Assembly (NCBI GenBank): GCA_965202805.1 | Contig: OZ241869.1 | Coordinates: 1,312,001 to 1,376,000, forward strand | Direction: 5' to 3' | From: Longimicrobiales bacterium | GTDB taxonomy: Bacteria > Gemmatimonadota > Gemmatimonadetes > Longimicrobiales > Gaopeijiaceae | DNA: 64,000 nucleotides | Part shown: positions 8,898 through 20,245 of the stretch, one piece after another | Layout of the letters: every line of letters starts with the position of its first letter | Numbering within the stretch: position 1 is the stretch's first letter | Translations under genes and position numbers: made by a program | The notes under the pieces: model-generated | The model's database searches: none | What the model was told of the DNA's origin: nothing | What the model saw: the letters and a program-made list of their open reading frames with translations, nothing else

Positions 8898-10187
8898 ATG
8901 CTGAGTCATTTCCAGCTTCAGGAGCGCGGGTCGTCCGTCCGGACCGAGGTGCTCGCCGGGTGCACCACGTTCCTGACCCTCGCGTACATCATTTTCGTGA
9001 ACCCGATGGTTCTCGGGGGCGCGGGGATGGACACCGGGGCGGTTCTGGTGGCCACCTGTCTGGCGTCGGCGTTCGGCTGCCTGGTCATGGGACTGTGGGC
9101 CAACTATCCCATCGCCCTGGCGCCGGGGATGGGGCTGAACGCCTACTTCGTGGCGATCGCCGTGGGCACGCTCGGGCTGGCGTGGCAGGTCGCGCTGGGA
9201 GCGGTGTTCCTGTCGGGGGTGCTGATGTTCATCCTCTCCGTGCTCCCGGTGCGCAAGTGGGTGGTGGACAGCATCCCGCGCTCGCAGAAGATGGCCATCG
9301 CGGCCGGGATCGGGTTCTTCCTGGCGATCATCGCCCTGCAGAACGCCGGCGTGGTAGTCGACAGCGAAGCGACCCTGATCACGCTGGGCGACCTCGGCCA
9401 GTGGACGGTGCTGCTGGCGGCGCTGGGCTTCCTCGCCATGGTGGCGCTGGAACACCGCGGGCTGCCGGGAGCGGTGCTGCTGTGCATCCTGGCGGTGGCG
9501 GTCGTGGGATGGGCGTCCGGCCTGTCGCCGGCGCCCGAATCGGTCGTGTCCGCCCCGCCCTCCCTGGCGCCGACGGCGTTTCAGCTGGACGTGGCGGCGG
9601 CGATCGAGGTGGGGCTGGTGGCGATCGTGTTCTCCTTCCTCATGGTCGACCTGTTCGACACCAGCGGCACCCTGGTCGCGGTGCTGAACGAGGCCGGCCT
9701 GACCGACAGGGACGGGCGGGTCCCGGGGCTGCGGCGCGCGCTGGTCGCCGACAGCTCGGCCACCATGGTGGGCGCGCTCCTCGGCACCTCGACCACGACC
9801 TCCTACATCGAGAGCGCGGCGGGGGTGCGGGCCGGCGGGCGCACGGGCCTCACCGCGGTGGTGGTGGCGGGCCTCTTCCTGGCCGCGCTGGTGCTCGCGC
9901 CGGTGGCGACCGCGATCCCCGCCTTCGCCACCGCCCCGGCGATCCTGTTCGTGGGCTGCATCATGGCGCGGGCGCTGCGCAACGTGCCCTGGGACGACCT
10001 CACCGAGTGCGTCCCGGCCATCGTGACCGCGCTGGCGATGCCCTTCACCTACTCGATCGCGACCGGCATCGGCATGGGGTTCATCGCCTACGCGCTCATC
10101 AAGCTGTTCTCGGGGCGCGCCTCCGAGTTGAACGCCGCCGTGGTGATCGTGGCGGTGCTGTTCGGGATTCGCTTCGCGATCACGTAG
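8898..10187 (+). CDS. NCS2/AzgA-family purine permease
   Basis: RTEVLAGCTTFLTLAYIIFVNP, ALAPGMGLNAYF, DLFDTSGTL, YIESAAGVRAGGRTGLT, PFTYSIATGI motifs. Confidence 0.95.
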   Translation: MLSHFQLQERGSSVRTEVLAGCTTFLTLAYIIFVNPMVLGGAGMDTGAVLVATCLASAFGCLVMGLWANYPIALAPGMGLNAYFVAIAVGTLGLAWQVALGAVFLSGVLMFILSVLPVRKWVVDSIPRSQKMAIAAGIGFFLAIIALQNAGVVVDSEATLITLGDLGQWTVLLAALGFLAMVALEHRGLPGAVLLCILAVAVVGWASGLSPAPESVVSAPPSLAPTAFQLDVAAAIEVGLVAIVFSFLMVDLFDTSGTLVAVLNEAGLTDRDGRVPGLRRALVADSSATMVGALLGTSTTTSYIESAAGVRAGGRTGLTAVVVAGLFLAALVLAPVATAIPAFATAPAILFVGCIMARALRNVPWDDLTECVPAIVTALAMPFTYSIATGIGMGFIAYALIKLFSGRASELNAAVVIVAVLFGIRFAIT

Positions 10188-10301
10188 GCGTCGGGAGTCG
10201 GTATTTGTCGCGGAACGCGATCCACGCCACCCGCAGTTCCCCGGTGCATGATTACAGGCATCATACAGGTATTCATACAAGATACAGACAGGATTCCGCC
10301 G

Positions 10302-11753
10302 ATGGACACTCCTTCCCGTTCCTGCAGACTCGGATCACTGGCCGCAGTCGTAGTCGTAGCTACCTCCTGCGCCCCACCCAATCCATCCGCCGACCCCCAA
10401 TCCGCCGGTGACAGACCCTCCGTGTCCCCCGACCCCGTCGAGCTCTTCGACGGCCGCGTCATCCCGGGGATGCCCGAACTCCTGGGAATGCGCGCTCAAT
10501 ACGAAGTGCGCCTCGACTGGCTCGCGCGGAAGCGTCCCCTGCTGCTCGAGCAGATGCGGGAGCACGCAATCGAAATGTGGATCGTCGTGAGCGAGGAATT
10601 CCATCCCGACCCGGTCACACAGTACGTCGCCCCTCCCCTGCGCTACACGCGCCGGCGCGATGTGATGGTGTTCGTGGATGCCGGCGAGGAAGGGCTCGCG
10701 GCCTACTCCGACTACTGGCGCCCGACGGAGGACTACCGCCGCTTCTTCCAGCCGCTCCCGGCGGCCCGCAACGCCCGTGGGATCCAGGACACCCGCGCCG
10801 GGCTGGGGGCGCTGATGGAGCGCTACGACCCCGGCACCATCGGACTCAACATCGGCGGATCCCGCGGACACGACAGCGGCCTCACCCACGACAGCTACCT
10901 GTTCCTGGCCGAAGCGCTGGGACCCGGTGCGGAGTCCCGCCTCGTCTCCGCCTCCGGCCTCATCGAGGCTGTGTTCGACACGCGGCTGCCCGAAGAGCTG
11001 GAGCACTACCGCCAGCTCGTGCTCGCCACCGATGTCATCGCCCAGACTGCGCTCTCCAACGTGGTCATCACCCCCGGCGAGACCCGCGCGGCCGACATCA
11101 AGTGGTTTTTCGAGGAGACCATCGCCGAGCTCGGCGTGGGCGGCGTTCCCTGGTTCGAGATCCACGTGGCCGTGCAGCGCTACGATCCGGACACCGGCGA
11201 GATGATCCCCTACGTGCATCCCGCCCCGAACGACCTCATCTTCCAGCGGGGCGACATCATCCACCTCGACTGCGGCTTCGACTACATCGGTTTCGCCAGT
11301 GACTGGCAGAAGGTCGCGTACATCCTGCGCGAAGGTGAGGACGATGTCCCGGAAGGACTCAAGGCCGCGCTCGGGAACGCCAATCTCGTGCACGAGGCGT
11401 TCGCATCCGAACCCCGTCCCGGGATGACCGGCTGGGAGGCCACGCTCGCCATCGCCGCCAGGCTCGAGGGCGTCGACTTCCTCCCCAGCCTCTACTCACA
11501 CCCCATCGGCTACCACGGACACGCGCTGGGCCCGAACATCAACGCCCGCGACATGGACCTGTCCTCGCCCCCCGAACGGGACTCCCATCTCAGGAACGGC
11601 GCCTATCGCTCCATCGAGTTCAGCGCCACGTCGGCGGTCCCGGAATACGGCGGCGGCACGGTCAGGATTCCGATGGAGGATGACGGCTACCTCACTCCTG
11701 ACGGTTACGAGTACTTCCGGCCCTATCAGACGGAATGGTACGTGATCCGGTGA
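10302..11753 (+). CDS. M24-family (Xaa-Pro-like) metallopeptidase, probable lipoprotein
   Basis: Lipobox-like VVATSC; metal ligands in HLDCG...ASDWQ, HPIGYHGH, SIEF, PMEDD. Confidence 0.85.
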   Translation: MDTPSRSCRLGSLAAVVVVATSCAPPNPSADPQSAGDRPSVSPDPVELFDGRVIPGMPELLGMRAQYEVRLDWLARKRPLLLEQMREHAIEMWIVVSEEFHPDPVTQYVAPPLRYTRRRDVMVFVDAGEEGLAAYSDYWRPTEDYRRFFQPLPAARNARGIQDTRAGLGALMERYDPGTIGLNIGGSRGHDSGLTHDSYLFLAEALGPGAESRLVSASGLIEAVFDTRLPEELEHYRQLVLATDVIAQTALSNVVITPGETRAADIKWFFEETIAELGVGGVPWFEIHVAVQRYDPDTGEMIPYVHPAPNDLIFQRGDIIHLDCGFDYIGFASDWQKVAYILREGEDDVPEGLKAALGNANLVHEAFASEPRPGMTGWEATLAIAARLEGVDFLPSLYSHPIGYHGHALGPNINARDMDLSSPPERDSHLRNGAYRSIEFSATSAVPEYGGGTVRIPMEDDGYLTPDGYEYFRPYQTEWYVIR

Positions 11754-11801
11754 GGGCGGTCCCCCGGTTTCCGGTGGCATCCGTTGACTCGAGGATGCCG
11801 C

Positions 11802-11918
11802 CACAACATCACGTCCGGATGGACAGCCGAGTCGGAGGAAATGATGCGACAGGGCACGGCGCGATTCGCAAACGCGGACGAGATGTTCACCGAGCTTGAA
11901 GAAGCCGGCGGCCAGTAA
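11802..11918 (+). pseudogene. C-terminal remnant of a DinJ/RelB-like antitoxin
   Basis: Frame reads HNITSGWTAESEEMMRQGTARFANADEMFTELEEAGGQ*, resembling DinJ C-termini. It overlaps the toxin start and lacks an N-terminal RHH part. Confidence 0.6.
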
Positions 11919-11986
11919 GCGGGCGCGCCCGCCTCGACGCGTAGATTACACGCGGGGGATTCCTCAAGGACTGGAAGCGGCTTTCG
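11896..11986 (+). pseudogene. N-terminal remnant of a YafQ-like toxin, frameshifted and truncated
   Basis: TTG 11896: LKKPAASKRARPPRRVDYTRG, then after a one-base shift in a G-run FLKDWKRLS (11960-11986). Ends at the acs stop. Confidence 0.68.
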
Positions 11987-11988
11987 CC

Positions 11989-13944
<1,956 letters not shown>

Positions 13945-14047
13945 CTCGGGTCTCCGCTGCCTTGGTGACGCGTCACGCTTGGAACTGATATCTAGTGTCA
14001 TCTACTGATGACTAACTGGTGATTTTTTGGGGCGCCGTGATCCCCGG

Positions 14048-14617
14048 TCATGAATCTTCAGCCCCAAGAAACTCCGCCACAACCCGGCTCGACAGCAACG
14101 CCTCGAACGACTTCACCGTGGCCGCGCTCAGCGTGCGCACCACGCGCGCGCCGGCGTCGATCGCCACATCGGGGATCACGAGCCTGAACCGGCACTCCGT
14201 GCGGGCGTCCTCGGGACGGGCGTTCCGGTGCGGCACGGTCGCGCGCAACGTGACCGGGGCTCTGTGCCCCCGGGTCACCTCGCGGTTCGCCACCCGCGCC
14301 AGTTCCCTCAGCGTCTCCGTGAAGTCCTCCAGCGCTCCCAGAGATGGCCCGCGCACGGCGAGCGTCAGGTTGCCGCCGAGCCCCTGCGAGGTCTCGTCGA
14401 GGAAGACGTCGACGCTCGCCGGATCGCGGCCGCGCGGCTGGTGGAAGAAGAGATAGGCGCTGCGCGTGGACTCCCCGGCCCAGCGGCCCTCGAACTCGTG
14501 GCTGGTGGTCTTCTGCATCCCGGAAAGCGTCCAGCCGGCGTCCTCCACCCCCGCCCGAACGGCATCGATCAACGGCTCCAGCGTGAGCAGCGCACTCTCG
14601 TGGGGATCGGTCATCAT
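14048..14617 (-). CDS. Hypothetical protein
   Basis: Globular-looking ORF with GGGAG upstream of ATG 14617. No family recognised. Confidence 0.7.
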   Translation of the reverse strand: MMTDPHESALLTLEPLIDAVRAGVEDAGWTLSGMQKTTSHEFEGRWAGESTRSAYLFFHQPRGRDPASVDVFLDETSQGLGGNLTLAVRGPSLGALEDFTETLRELARVANREVTRGHRAPVTLRATVPHRNARPEDARTECRFRLVIPDVAIDAGARVVRTLSAATVKSFEALLSSRVVAEFLGAEDS

Positions 14618-14640
14618 CGCTCCCGCCGGTTCGCTTCCGG

Positions 14641-14670
14641 TTGACACATTTTCGCCCCGCCCAGTACGTT
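14641..14670 (+). promoter_or_regulatory. Sigma70-type promoter for the Fur/PerR gene
   Basis: TTGACA (14641-46), 18-nt spacer, TACGTT (14665-70), about 80 nt before the ATG. Confidence 0.55.
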
Positions 14671-14749
14671 GGTTGGTTAAGAAGGATACGTTCTACACGT
14701 CCGGTTTCGGCACGCTGTGCAGCCGAGGACGGGCCGAAGCTCACTTGCG

Positions 14750-15190
14750 ATGTCGACCCAGCCCCAGCAGAGCGACGTCATCCTGCGCGAGGCGATGGAG
14801 CGGAGCGGTCAGCGCTTCACCGCCCAGCGCGCAGCCGTCTTCCGGTTCCTGCACGCCACAGACACCCATCCCACCGCGGACGAAGTCTACCGCACCGTGC
14901 GGGCGGACCTGCCCGGCATCTCCCTGGGCACCGTCTACAAGAGCCTCGAGACGCTCGTCGGATGCGGGCTCGCACGCAAGCTCGCCGGTGGCAACGGCTC
15001 GGCCCGCTACGATGGGCGCATGGATCCGCACTTTCACGCGCGCTGCCTCGAGTGCGGCCGGCTGAGGGACGTACCCGGTCCGGCCCGGCCGGAGTCCTTC
15101 GTGGACATGCCGATCGCGATGGGCGGCTTTGCCGTCACCGAGCTGCGGCTTGAGGTGGTGGGCTACTGCGACGGCTGTCGTCCCGACTAG
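14750..15190 (+). CDS. Fur-family transcriptional regulator, PerR-like
   Basis: RFTAQR, HPTADEVY, ISLGTVYKSL, RYDGRMDPHFHARCLECGRLRDV, C-terminal CDGC. Confidence 0.92.
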   Translation: MSTQPQQSDVILREAMERSGQRFTAQRAAVFRFLHATDTHPTADEVYRTVRADLPGISLGTVYKSLETLVGCGLARKLAGGNGSARYDGRMDPHFHARCLECGRLRDVPGPARPESFVDMPIAMGGFAVTELRLEVVGYCDGCRPD

Positions 15191-15212
15191 CCAGCCTGCC
15201 GGGAGGCCCGGC

Positions 15213-15479
15213 TTAGCCCGCCTGCCAAAACGCCCGGCTGGAAGCCCTTCCCCGGGCCGAGCGCAGACGCCGGCGCAACTCCACGTCCGACGATGTCGCG
15301 AGCGTCCGCTGTGCCGTCCTGAGCGAATTCCAGCGCACGTCGGCCAGCTCGATCGGCTCGCCGGTCTCGTCGCCTTCGAGCGTGAACACGAACGAGTAGC
15401 GGCCCTTGTAGTCGTGTCCCGGCCGCTCCCGCACGCTCGCAACCCACGTTCGCCCGCTCTCGTCCTGGAAGCTCCTCAT
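15213..15479 (-). CDS. Small hypothetical protein
   Basis: 88-aa ORF MRSFQDESGRTW..., 16 nt downstream of the upstream gene stop, with GGAG upstream. Confidence 0.7.
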   Translation of the reverse strand: MRSFQDESGRTWVASVRERPGHDYKGRYSFVFTLEGDETGEPIELADVRWNSLRTAQRTLATSSDVELRRRLRSARGRASSRAFWQAG

Positions 15480-15495
15480 CTCGGTCCGCTCTCCC

Positions 15496-16368
15496 TCATC
15501 TCCAGCCGCTCTCCGCGCTCGATCCGCCTTCGAGTCGGCGGCCCGGCCGTCTCAGCAACTCCGGGAACTCGTATACGATAACCCCTTCGTCGGTTACATC
15601 CGAACTCACGCGCTGGCTGTCCTCGAGCTCCATGCCGTCCAGGAGCTTCTTGGCCGCGTCCGGTGACAGGTCCATGTACGCCGCGACCTCGCTCGCCGTC
15701 AGCCGTCCTCCCCGCTGGCTGGCCAGGCGGAGGACGCCTCGCGCGAGCTGATCGGGCGATCCCCTGCGCCAGCGCAGCCTCTTGATCCCCGACCAGATCA
15801 GCGCCGCGCCGCCGGAGACGGCCGCGGTTCCACCGGCGAGCATCAGCATGGGCACGAAGGCGAGGCCCGCGCCGAGAACCATGGCGCCCGCGGACAGCCA
15901 GCCGGCGCCCATGAAGCCCAGCAGGGCTCCGCCGCCGATCCGGATCCAGCCCTGGACCGAACGATCTTCGGGGGGCAGAAACGCGGTTGGCGCGGATGAA
16001 TCGCCATAGGCGGCGAGGGCTTCGTCCCCGGCTCGAGACCCCACGCTGGCGTCCGGATGCGGGAGGGCGCGGTAGGAGGCGTGCCGCCAGTTGAGCCCGC
16101 ACCGCGGACACAGGCGGTGCTGGAACCTCATCAGCCAGTAGATGAGCGCCCCGATGCCGGAAGTGACCAGACCCAGGACCACAAGCAGCGCGACGTGCTG
16201 GATCTTCGAGAAGTAGTGGTCCCCGTACCCCTGGTGCCCGCACCGGGGACACGCCTTCACCCAGGTCATGGGGCGTCCGGCGGGATTCTCCGCCCCGCAC
16301 GTCGTGCACCGTCGCGCCGGCGCCTCCAGGACGGCGCCGCAGGTGTTACAGCGCAGGGATGATGCCAT
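15496..16368 (-). CDS. Membrane protein with zinc ribbons and C-terminal wHTH-like domain
   Basis: CNTC...CTTC; CPRC-hydrophobic segment-HRLCPRC; further TM helices; C-terminal GGRLTASEVA...EGVIVYEFPEL. Start ATG 16368. Confidence 0.8.
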   Translation of the reverse strand: MASSLRCNTCGAVLEAPARRCTTCGAENPAGRPMTWVKACPRCGHQGYGDHYFSKIQHVALLVVLGLVTSGIGALIYWLMRFQHRLCPRCGLNWRHASYRALPHPDASVGSRAGDEALAAYGDSSAPTAFLPPEDRSVQGWIRIGGGALLGFMGAGWLSAGAMVLGAGLAFVPMLMLAGGTAAVSGGAALIWSGIKRLRWRRGSPDQLARGVLRLASQRGGRLTASEVAAYMDLSPDAAKKLLDGMELEDSQRVSSDVTDEGVIVYEFPELLRRPGRRLEGGSSAESGWR

Positions 16369-16587
16369 GCTCTCTCGTGTTGCAGGATCCGTAGACCGTA
16401 CGACGTTCCCCCGATACGGATTCGCGGAATGCGTTCCAGGGTCCGAACTTGCACGGAAGGGAGCTTTCGGCCGGCGACGGATTCTAACCCCCGAACCGCG
16501 AAAAAGGCTCCCCCCCGGGACCGGCATGCGGCCACGACGGCGGCCGATGACGGCCGGCGGCGCGGGCAGGTTCGGGAAGCCCGGACC

Positions 16588-18015
16588 CTACCGGACCAGC
16601 AGGATCCGGCTGTTCGCCGGATAGAGCCACTCCACCCCGCGCTCCGTCACCACGGCGTCGTCCTCCAGCGGGATGCGCACCTTGGCGTTGTCCCACTCCG
16701 GGTTGGCCGTGTAGGCGAACAGTTCGACCGAGATGAGGGTGCCCGGGCGAAGCTCGTAGGTGAGCTGGGTCGGGTTGAAGAAGGCCAGCGAGGGGCCGAT
16801 GCCGTGGCCCCAGTTCCCCACCGAGTGCGGACCGATGACGACATCGGTGACCGCCGGATCTTCGGTGGGCTGGTTGAACTCGATGCGGTTGAAGCCGGCG
16901 GCCTCGATGGCGGCCCATGTCGCGTCCAGCGCCTCCTGGGCGGTGGCCGCAGGCTTGATGGCCGCCTTCATGACGTCGCGCACCTCCACCGCCCGGTCGA
17001 AGGCGCGCTGGAGTCCTGGCGGGGCCCGGGTTTCGCCCTCCCGCAGCACGTACGCGATGCGCTTCATGTCGGTGTAGAAGTCGAGGTAGCCCACGCCCCA
17101 GTCGATCATGAGCAGATCGCCCCGCTGGATGATGCGCGCCGAGGAGGTGGACTCGATCCCCAGCCGGCCGGTGATGTAGACGGAGGGCATGTCGAAGGAC
17201 GACTCGAGCCCCCGCTCGAGCAGCCGGTCCCAGATCCACCAGGCCACGTCCTCGAGCGCGGTCACGCCCGGCACGATGACCTCGTTGGAAAAGGCCCGCT
17301 CGGCGATCTCGCGGCTGATCTCGCCGGCCTCGGCGAAGGTGGCGATCTCCATGGCCGTGCGGCTGGCTCGGAAGTCGGACACGAAGCGCTCGGCGGAAAC
17401 CAGGCGTTCGCCGTAGACCGGACCCAGCGTCTCCTTCAGGTGCAGGTAGGAGGTGTGCGAGAGGCCGTCGGCTCCGCCGATGGCGGCGGCCATGTTTACG
17501 CCGATGCGGTCCGGGTCGCGCTCGGCCACGAATCCGGCGAGCGCGGCCGCCGGGGCGAAGCGGTCGTAGACGCCGCACTGCTCGAGCATGTAGCCGCCCA
17601 CGCCCAGCGCCGCGCGCTCGACGCGCCCGCCGTCGCCCGGGTTGGTGAAGACGTAGTACGCCCAGTCGCCCACGTACCCCCGGCCCAGGGCCTCCCAGAG
17701 CGGATCCAGCAGCCCCTCGCGCATCACCACGATCCACATGTCCAGATCGTTGTCCTGCATCGCCCCGGGGAGGACCAGGTCGAACTTCTCGGCACGAATC
17801 TGGCACATGCGCTCCCAGCGGCGGCGCGCCTCCTGTCCTTCAACGGGAGATGCCGCGGGGATGCCGGCTGCCAGCAGTGTCGCGGCGAGGAGCAGCCCGC
17901 GGGTTGAGGGCCGCGCGGCAGGCCGTCCGGCCGATGCGGAGTCGCGCGCGCACGCGGTTGGAGACGGCAAGTGTAGAGACGGACGGGCCGATTGGGTATC
18001 TTCGGTCACGCGCAT
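16588..18015 (-). CDS. M24-family metallopeptidase, exported; paralog of 10302..11753
   Basis: Signal peptide LLLAATLLAAG; MIDWG...YTDMK, HSVGNWGH, SVEL, PLEDD. True start is uncertain and may be downstream. Confidence 0.85.
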   Translation of the reverse strand: MRVTEDTQSARPSLHLPSPTACARDSASAGRPAARPSTRGLLLAATLLAAGIPAASPVEGQEARRRWERMCQIRAEKFDLVLPGAMQDNDLDMWIVVMREGLLDPLWEALGRGYVGDWAYYVFTNPGDGGRVERAALGVGGYMLEQCGVYDRFAPAAALAGFVAERDPDRIGVNMAAAIGGADGLSHTSYLHLKETLGPVYGERLVSAERFVSDFRASRTAMEIATFAEAGEISREIAERAFSNEVIVPGVTALEDVAWWIWDRLLERGLESSFDMPSVYITGRLGIESTSSARIIQRGDLLMIDWGVGYLDFYTDMKRIAYVLREGETRAPPGLQRAFDRAVEVRDVMKAAIKPAATAQEALDATWAAIEAAGFNRIEFNQPTEDPAVTDVVIGPHSVGNWGHGIGPSLAFFNPTQLTYELRPGTLISVELFAYTANPEWDNAKVRIPLEDDAVVTERGVEWLYPANSRILLVR

Positions 18016-18032
18016 GGCAACGTTCCTGAAAG

Positions 18033-18836
18033 GTGCGAAGTCTCAAGTACATGGTCTGGATGCACACACGCGGGGAATCTCGGCGATCGCCCGCTCTCTG
18101 GCAAAGGCGGCGAACGCCACTCCTCCTGACGCTCGTTCTCGTGGGCATCCTGGTCCCCGCGATTCGTCCCGCGCACCTCTGCGCGCAGCGGATTCCCTCG
18201 GCCTACCGCTTCATCGAGACCTCGCAGGAGGCCGGTGCATCGATGTTCACGGTGGAGCCCCGGGCGGGGATCTTCGGGTTCGGGCCCAAGGGCGGCCGGA
18301 TCATGGGCTCGTACTATCAGATCCGCGTCGGCGGACCGTTCTCGGTCCAGGGCAACCTGGGGTATCTGCCCACGACCCGCGATGTCGTAGACCCGCGCCG
18401 GGACGAGGGGGACCGCAAGATCGGCGAGGCGGACGTGACCATGGGAACGGCCGACGTGCGCCTGCAGTTCACCCTGACGGGTCCCAGGACCTGGTACCGG
18501 ATGGCGCCCTACCTGTTCGCGGGCGGGGGCATCGCCCTGGACCTGGCGCCGGATCAGGACATCGACATGGTGCTCGAGGAGGATGACCGCTTCTCGTTCG
18601 GTCCCTCCTTCCTGGGAAGTTTCGGCGCCGGGATCAAGTTGTTCCCCGTCGACCGCATATCTGTACGGGTGGAGGGCATCGTGACCTACTGGAAGGTCAA
18701 CACGCCGCGCGGCTTCCTGCGCACCGACCGCCCACTCCTGCCGCCACCTGAGGGCTCCGACGAGCCCGCCATCCCCGAGGACGGTTTCTGGGCGGTCGGG
18801 AGAGGGCTGTCCCTCGGGATCGCCTGGCGGTTCTAG
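18033..18836 (+). CDS. Outer-membrane beta-barrel protein
   Basis: Signal peptide, amphipathic strands (PYLFAGGG, FGAGIK), C-terminal GIAWRF. Start uncertain. Confidence 0.75.
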   Translation: MRSLKYMVWMHTRGESRRSPALWQRRRTPLLLTLVLVGILVPAIRPAHLCAQRIPSAYRFIETSQEAGASMFTVEPRAGIFGFGPKGGRIMGSYYQIRVGGPFSVQGNLGYLPTTRDVVDPRRDEGDRKIGEADVTMGTADVRLQFTLTGPRTWYRMAPYLFAGGGIALDLAPDQDIDMVLEEDDRFSFGPSFLGSFGAGIKLFPVDRISVRVEGIVTYWKVNTPRGFLRTDRPLLPPPEGSDEPAIPEDGFWAVGRGLSLGIAWRF

Positions 18837-18864
18837 CAGCCCGTGGACTACCAGGAGGTGAACG

Positions 18865-20217
18865 ATGGCTGACAGGCGGGGAGCCCGGAGAGATCGGACT
18901 CCGGCTACGCGATTCGAGTCCCGCTCCGCCGACTGGCTCTCCGGCGCCGAGGCGCTGGCGCGGATCATGGAGCGCGCGCGGGCGCTTCCGGCGCTCCGGC
19001 TGCCGGTCGAGGCCGCGCGGGGCATGGCGCTGGCGCGACCGGTCGAGAGCCCGGTCACCCTGCCCCCGTGGGACAACTCGGCGATGGACGGCTACGCGGT
19101 GCAGGGCGACTCCATCGCGGGAGCCTCACGCGTAGCCCCCCGCACCCTGCGCGTGACCGGCGCCCTGCAGGCGGGCGAGGTCGGCCGGGTGGCGGTGGGA
19201 GCCGGAGAGGCGGTGCGCATCATGACCGGCACACCCGTCCCGAAGGGAACCGACTGCGTGGTCCGGGTCGAAGACACCGACGCCGAGCGCGAACCGGGAC
19301 GGGTGGCGGTGTTCTCCGATCGCGACCGGGGCCGCCACGTGCGCCCGGCCGGACAGGACATGCGGGAGGGCGAGACCGTCCTCCCCCGCGGGACCACGCT
19401 GGGGGCCGGCCAGGTCGGCGTGCTGGCCGCGTGCGGGCTCACCTCGGTGGAGGTGCACCGGCGGCCGGTGGCGGCGGTGCTCTCCAGCGGCGACGAGATC
19501 GCCCCGGCGGAGCGGTTCGCGGAGGTGGCGGCGGGGCGTGCCATCCCCGACACCAACGGTCCCATGCTGGCCGCCGCGGTGGCGGAGGCGGGGGGGGAGG
19601 CGGTGCGGCCGGGGATCGCGCGCGACACGGAGGAGAGCGTGCGCGAGCACCTGCTGCGGGGCGGCGCGCAGGCGGACCTGCTGATCACCATCGGCGGCGC
19701 CTCAATGGGTGAGGGCGACCTCTTCAAGCGGGTGCTGGACGAGCTCGGCTACGAGCCCGACTTCTGGCGCGCGCGCATCCGCCCGGGCAGCCCGTTCGGC
19801 TTCGGACACCTGCCCGTCGATGGGCGGAAGCCCGTTCCCGTATTCGGGCTGCCCGGGAATCCGGCGTCGGCCTTCGTCACCTTCCATCTCTTCGCGCGGC
19901 CCTTCATCAGCGCGCTGGCGGGACATCGCCACCCCTTCCCTCCCGTCGTGCGGGCGCGCGCCGGCGTCGCCATGGGTGGCCCCGAGGGGCTCGCGGTCTA
20001 CCCGCGGGTGCGCCTGCGGCCCGCGTCCCGGGGCGGGTGGAGGGCGGTGCTTGCGGGCCACCAGAGTTCCGCGCTGGTGGCGCCCACGGGCCGCGCCGAC
20101 GGGCTGGCGGTGATCCCCGAGGGGGTTGGGCGCATCGGCGAAGGCGAGGAGGTCGACGTGTTGCTGTTCGGCCGCCCGGGCTGGCTTCGGGGCGAGGCCG
20201 GTCCCCGCGCGGGGTGA
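18865..20217 (+). CDS. moeA: Molybdopterin molybdenumtransferase
   Basis: PPWDNSAMDGYAV, RIMTG, VRVEDT, SSGDE, DTNGPML, GGASMGEGD, GLPGNPAS. Confidence 0.95.
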   Translation: MADRRGARRDRTPATRFESRSADWLSGAEALARIMERARALPALRLPVEAARGMALARPVESPVTLPPWDNSAMDGYAVQGDSIAGASRVAPRTLRVTGALQAGEVGRVAVGAGEAVRIMTGTPVPKGTDCVVRVEDTDAEREPGRVAVFSDRDRGRHVRPAGQDMREGETVLPRGTTLGAGQVGVLAACGLTSVEVHRRPVAAVLSSGDEIAPAERFAEVAAGRAIPDTNGPMLAAAVAEAGGEAVRPGIARDTEESVREHLLRGGAQADLLITIGGASMGEGDLFKRVLDELGYEPDFWRARIRPGSPFGFGHLPVDGRKPVPVFGLPGNPASAFVTFHLFARPFISALAGHRHPFPPVVRARAGVAMGGPEGLAVYPRVRLRPASRGGWRAVLAGHQSSALVAPTGRADGLAVIPEGVGRIGEGEEVDVLLFGRPGWLRGEAGPRAG

Positions 20218-20245
20218 TGCCGCCGGACACCGCTTCAACCGGCCC

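Noticed and set aside
14676..14696. Per/Fur box upstream of the regulator
   Set aside because: Only a weak AGAA-N7-TTCT dyad; too short to call.
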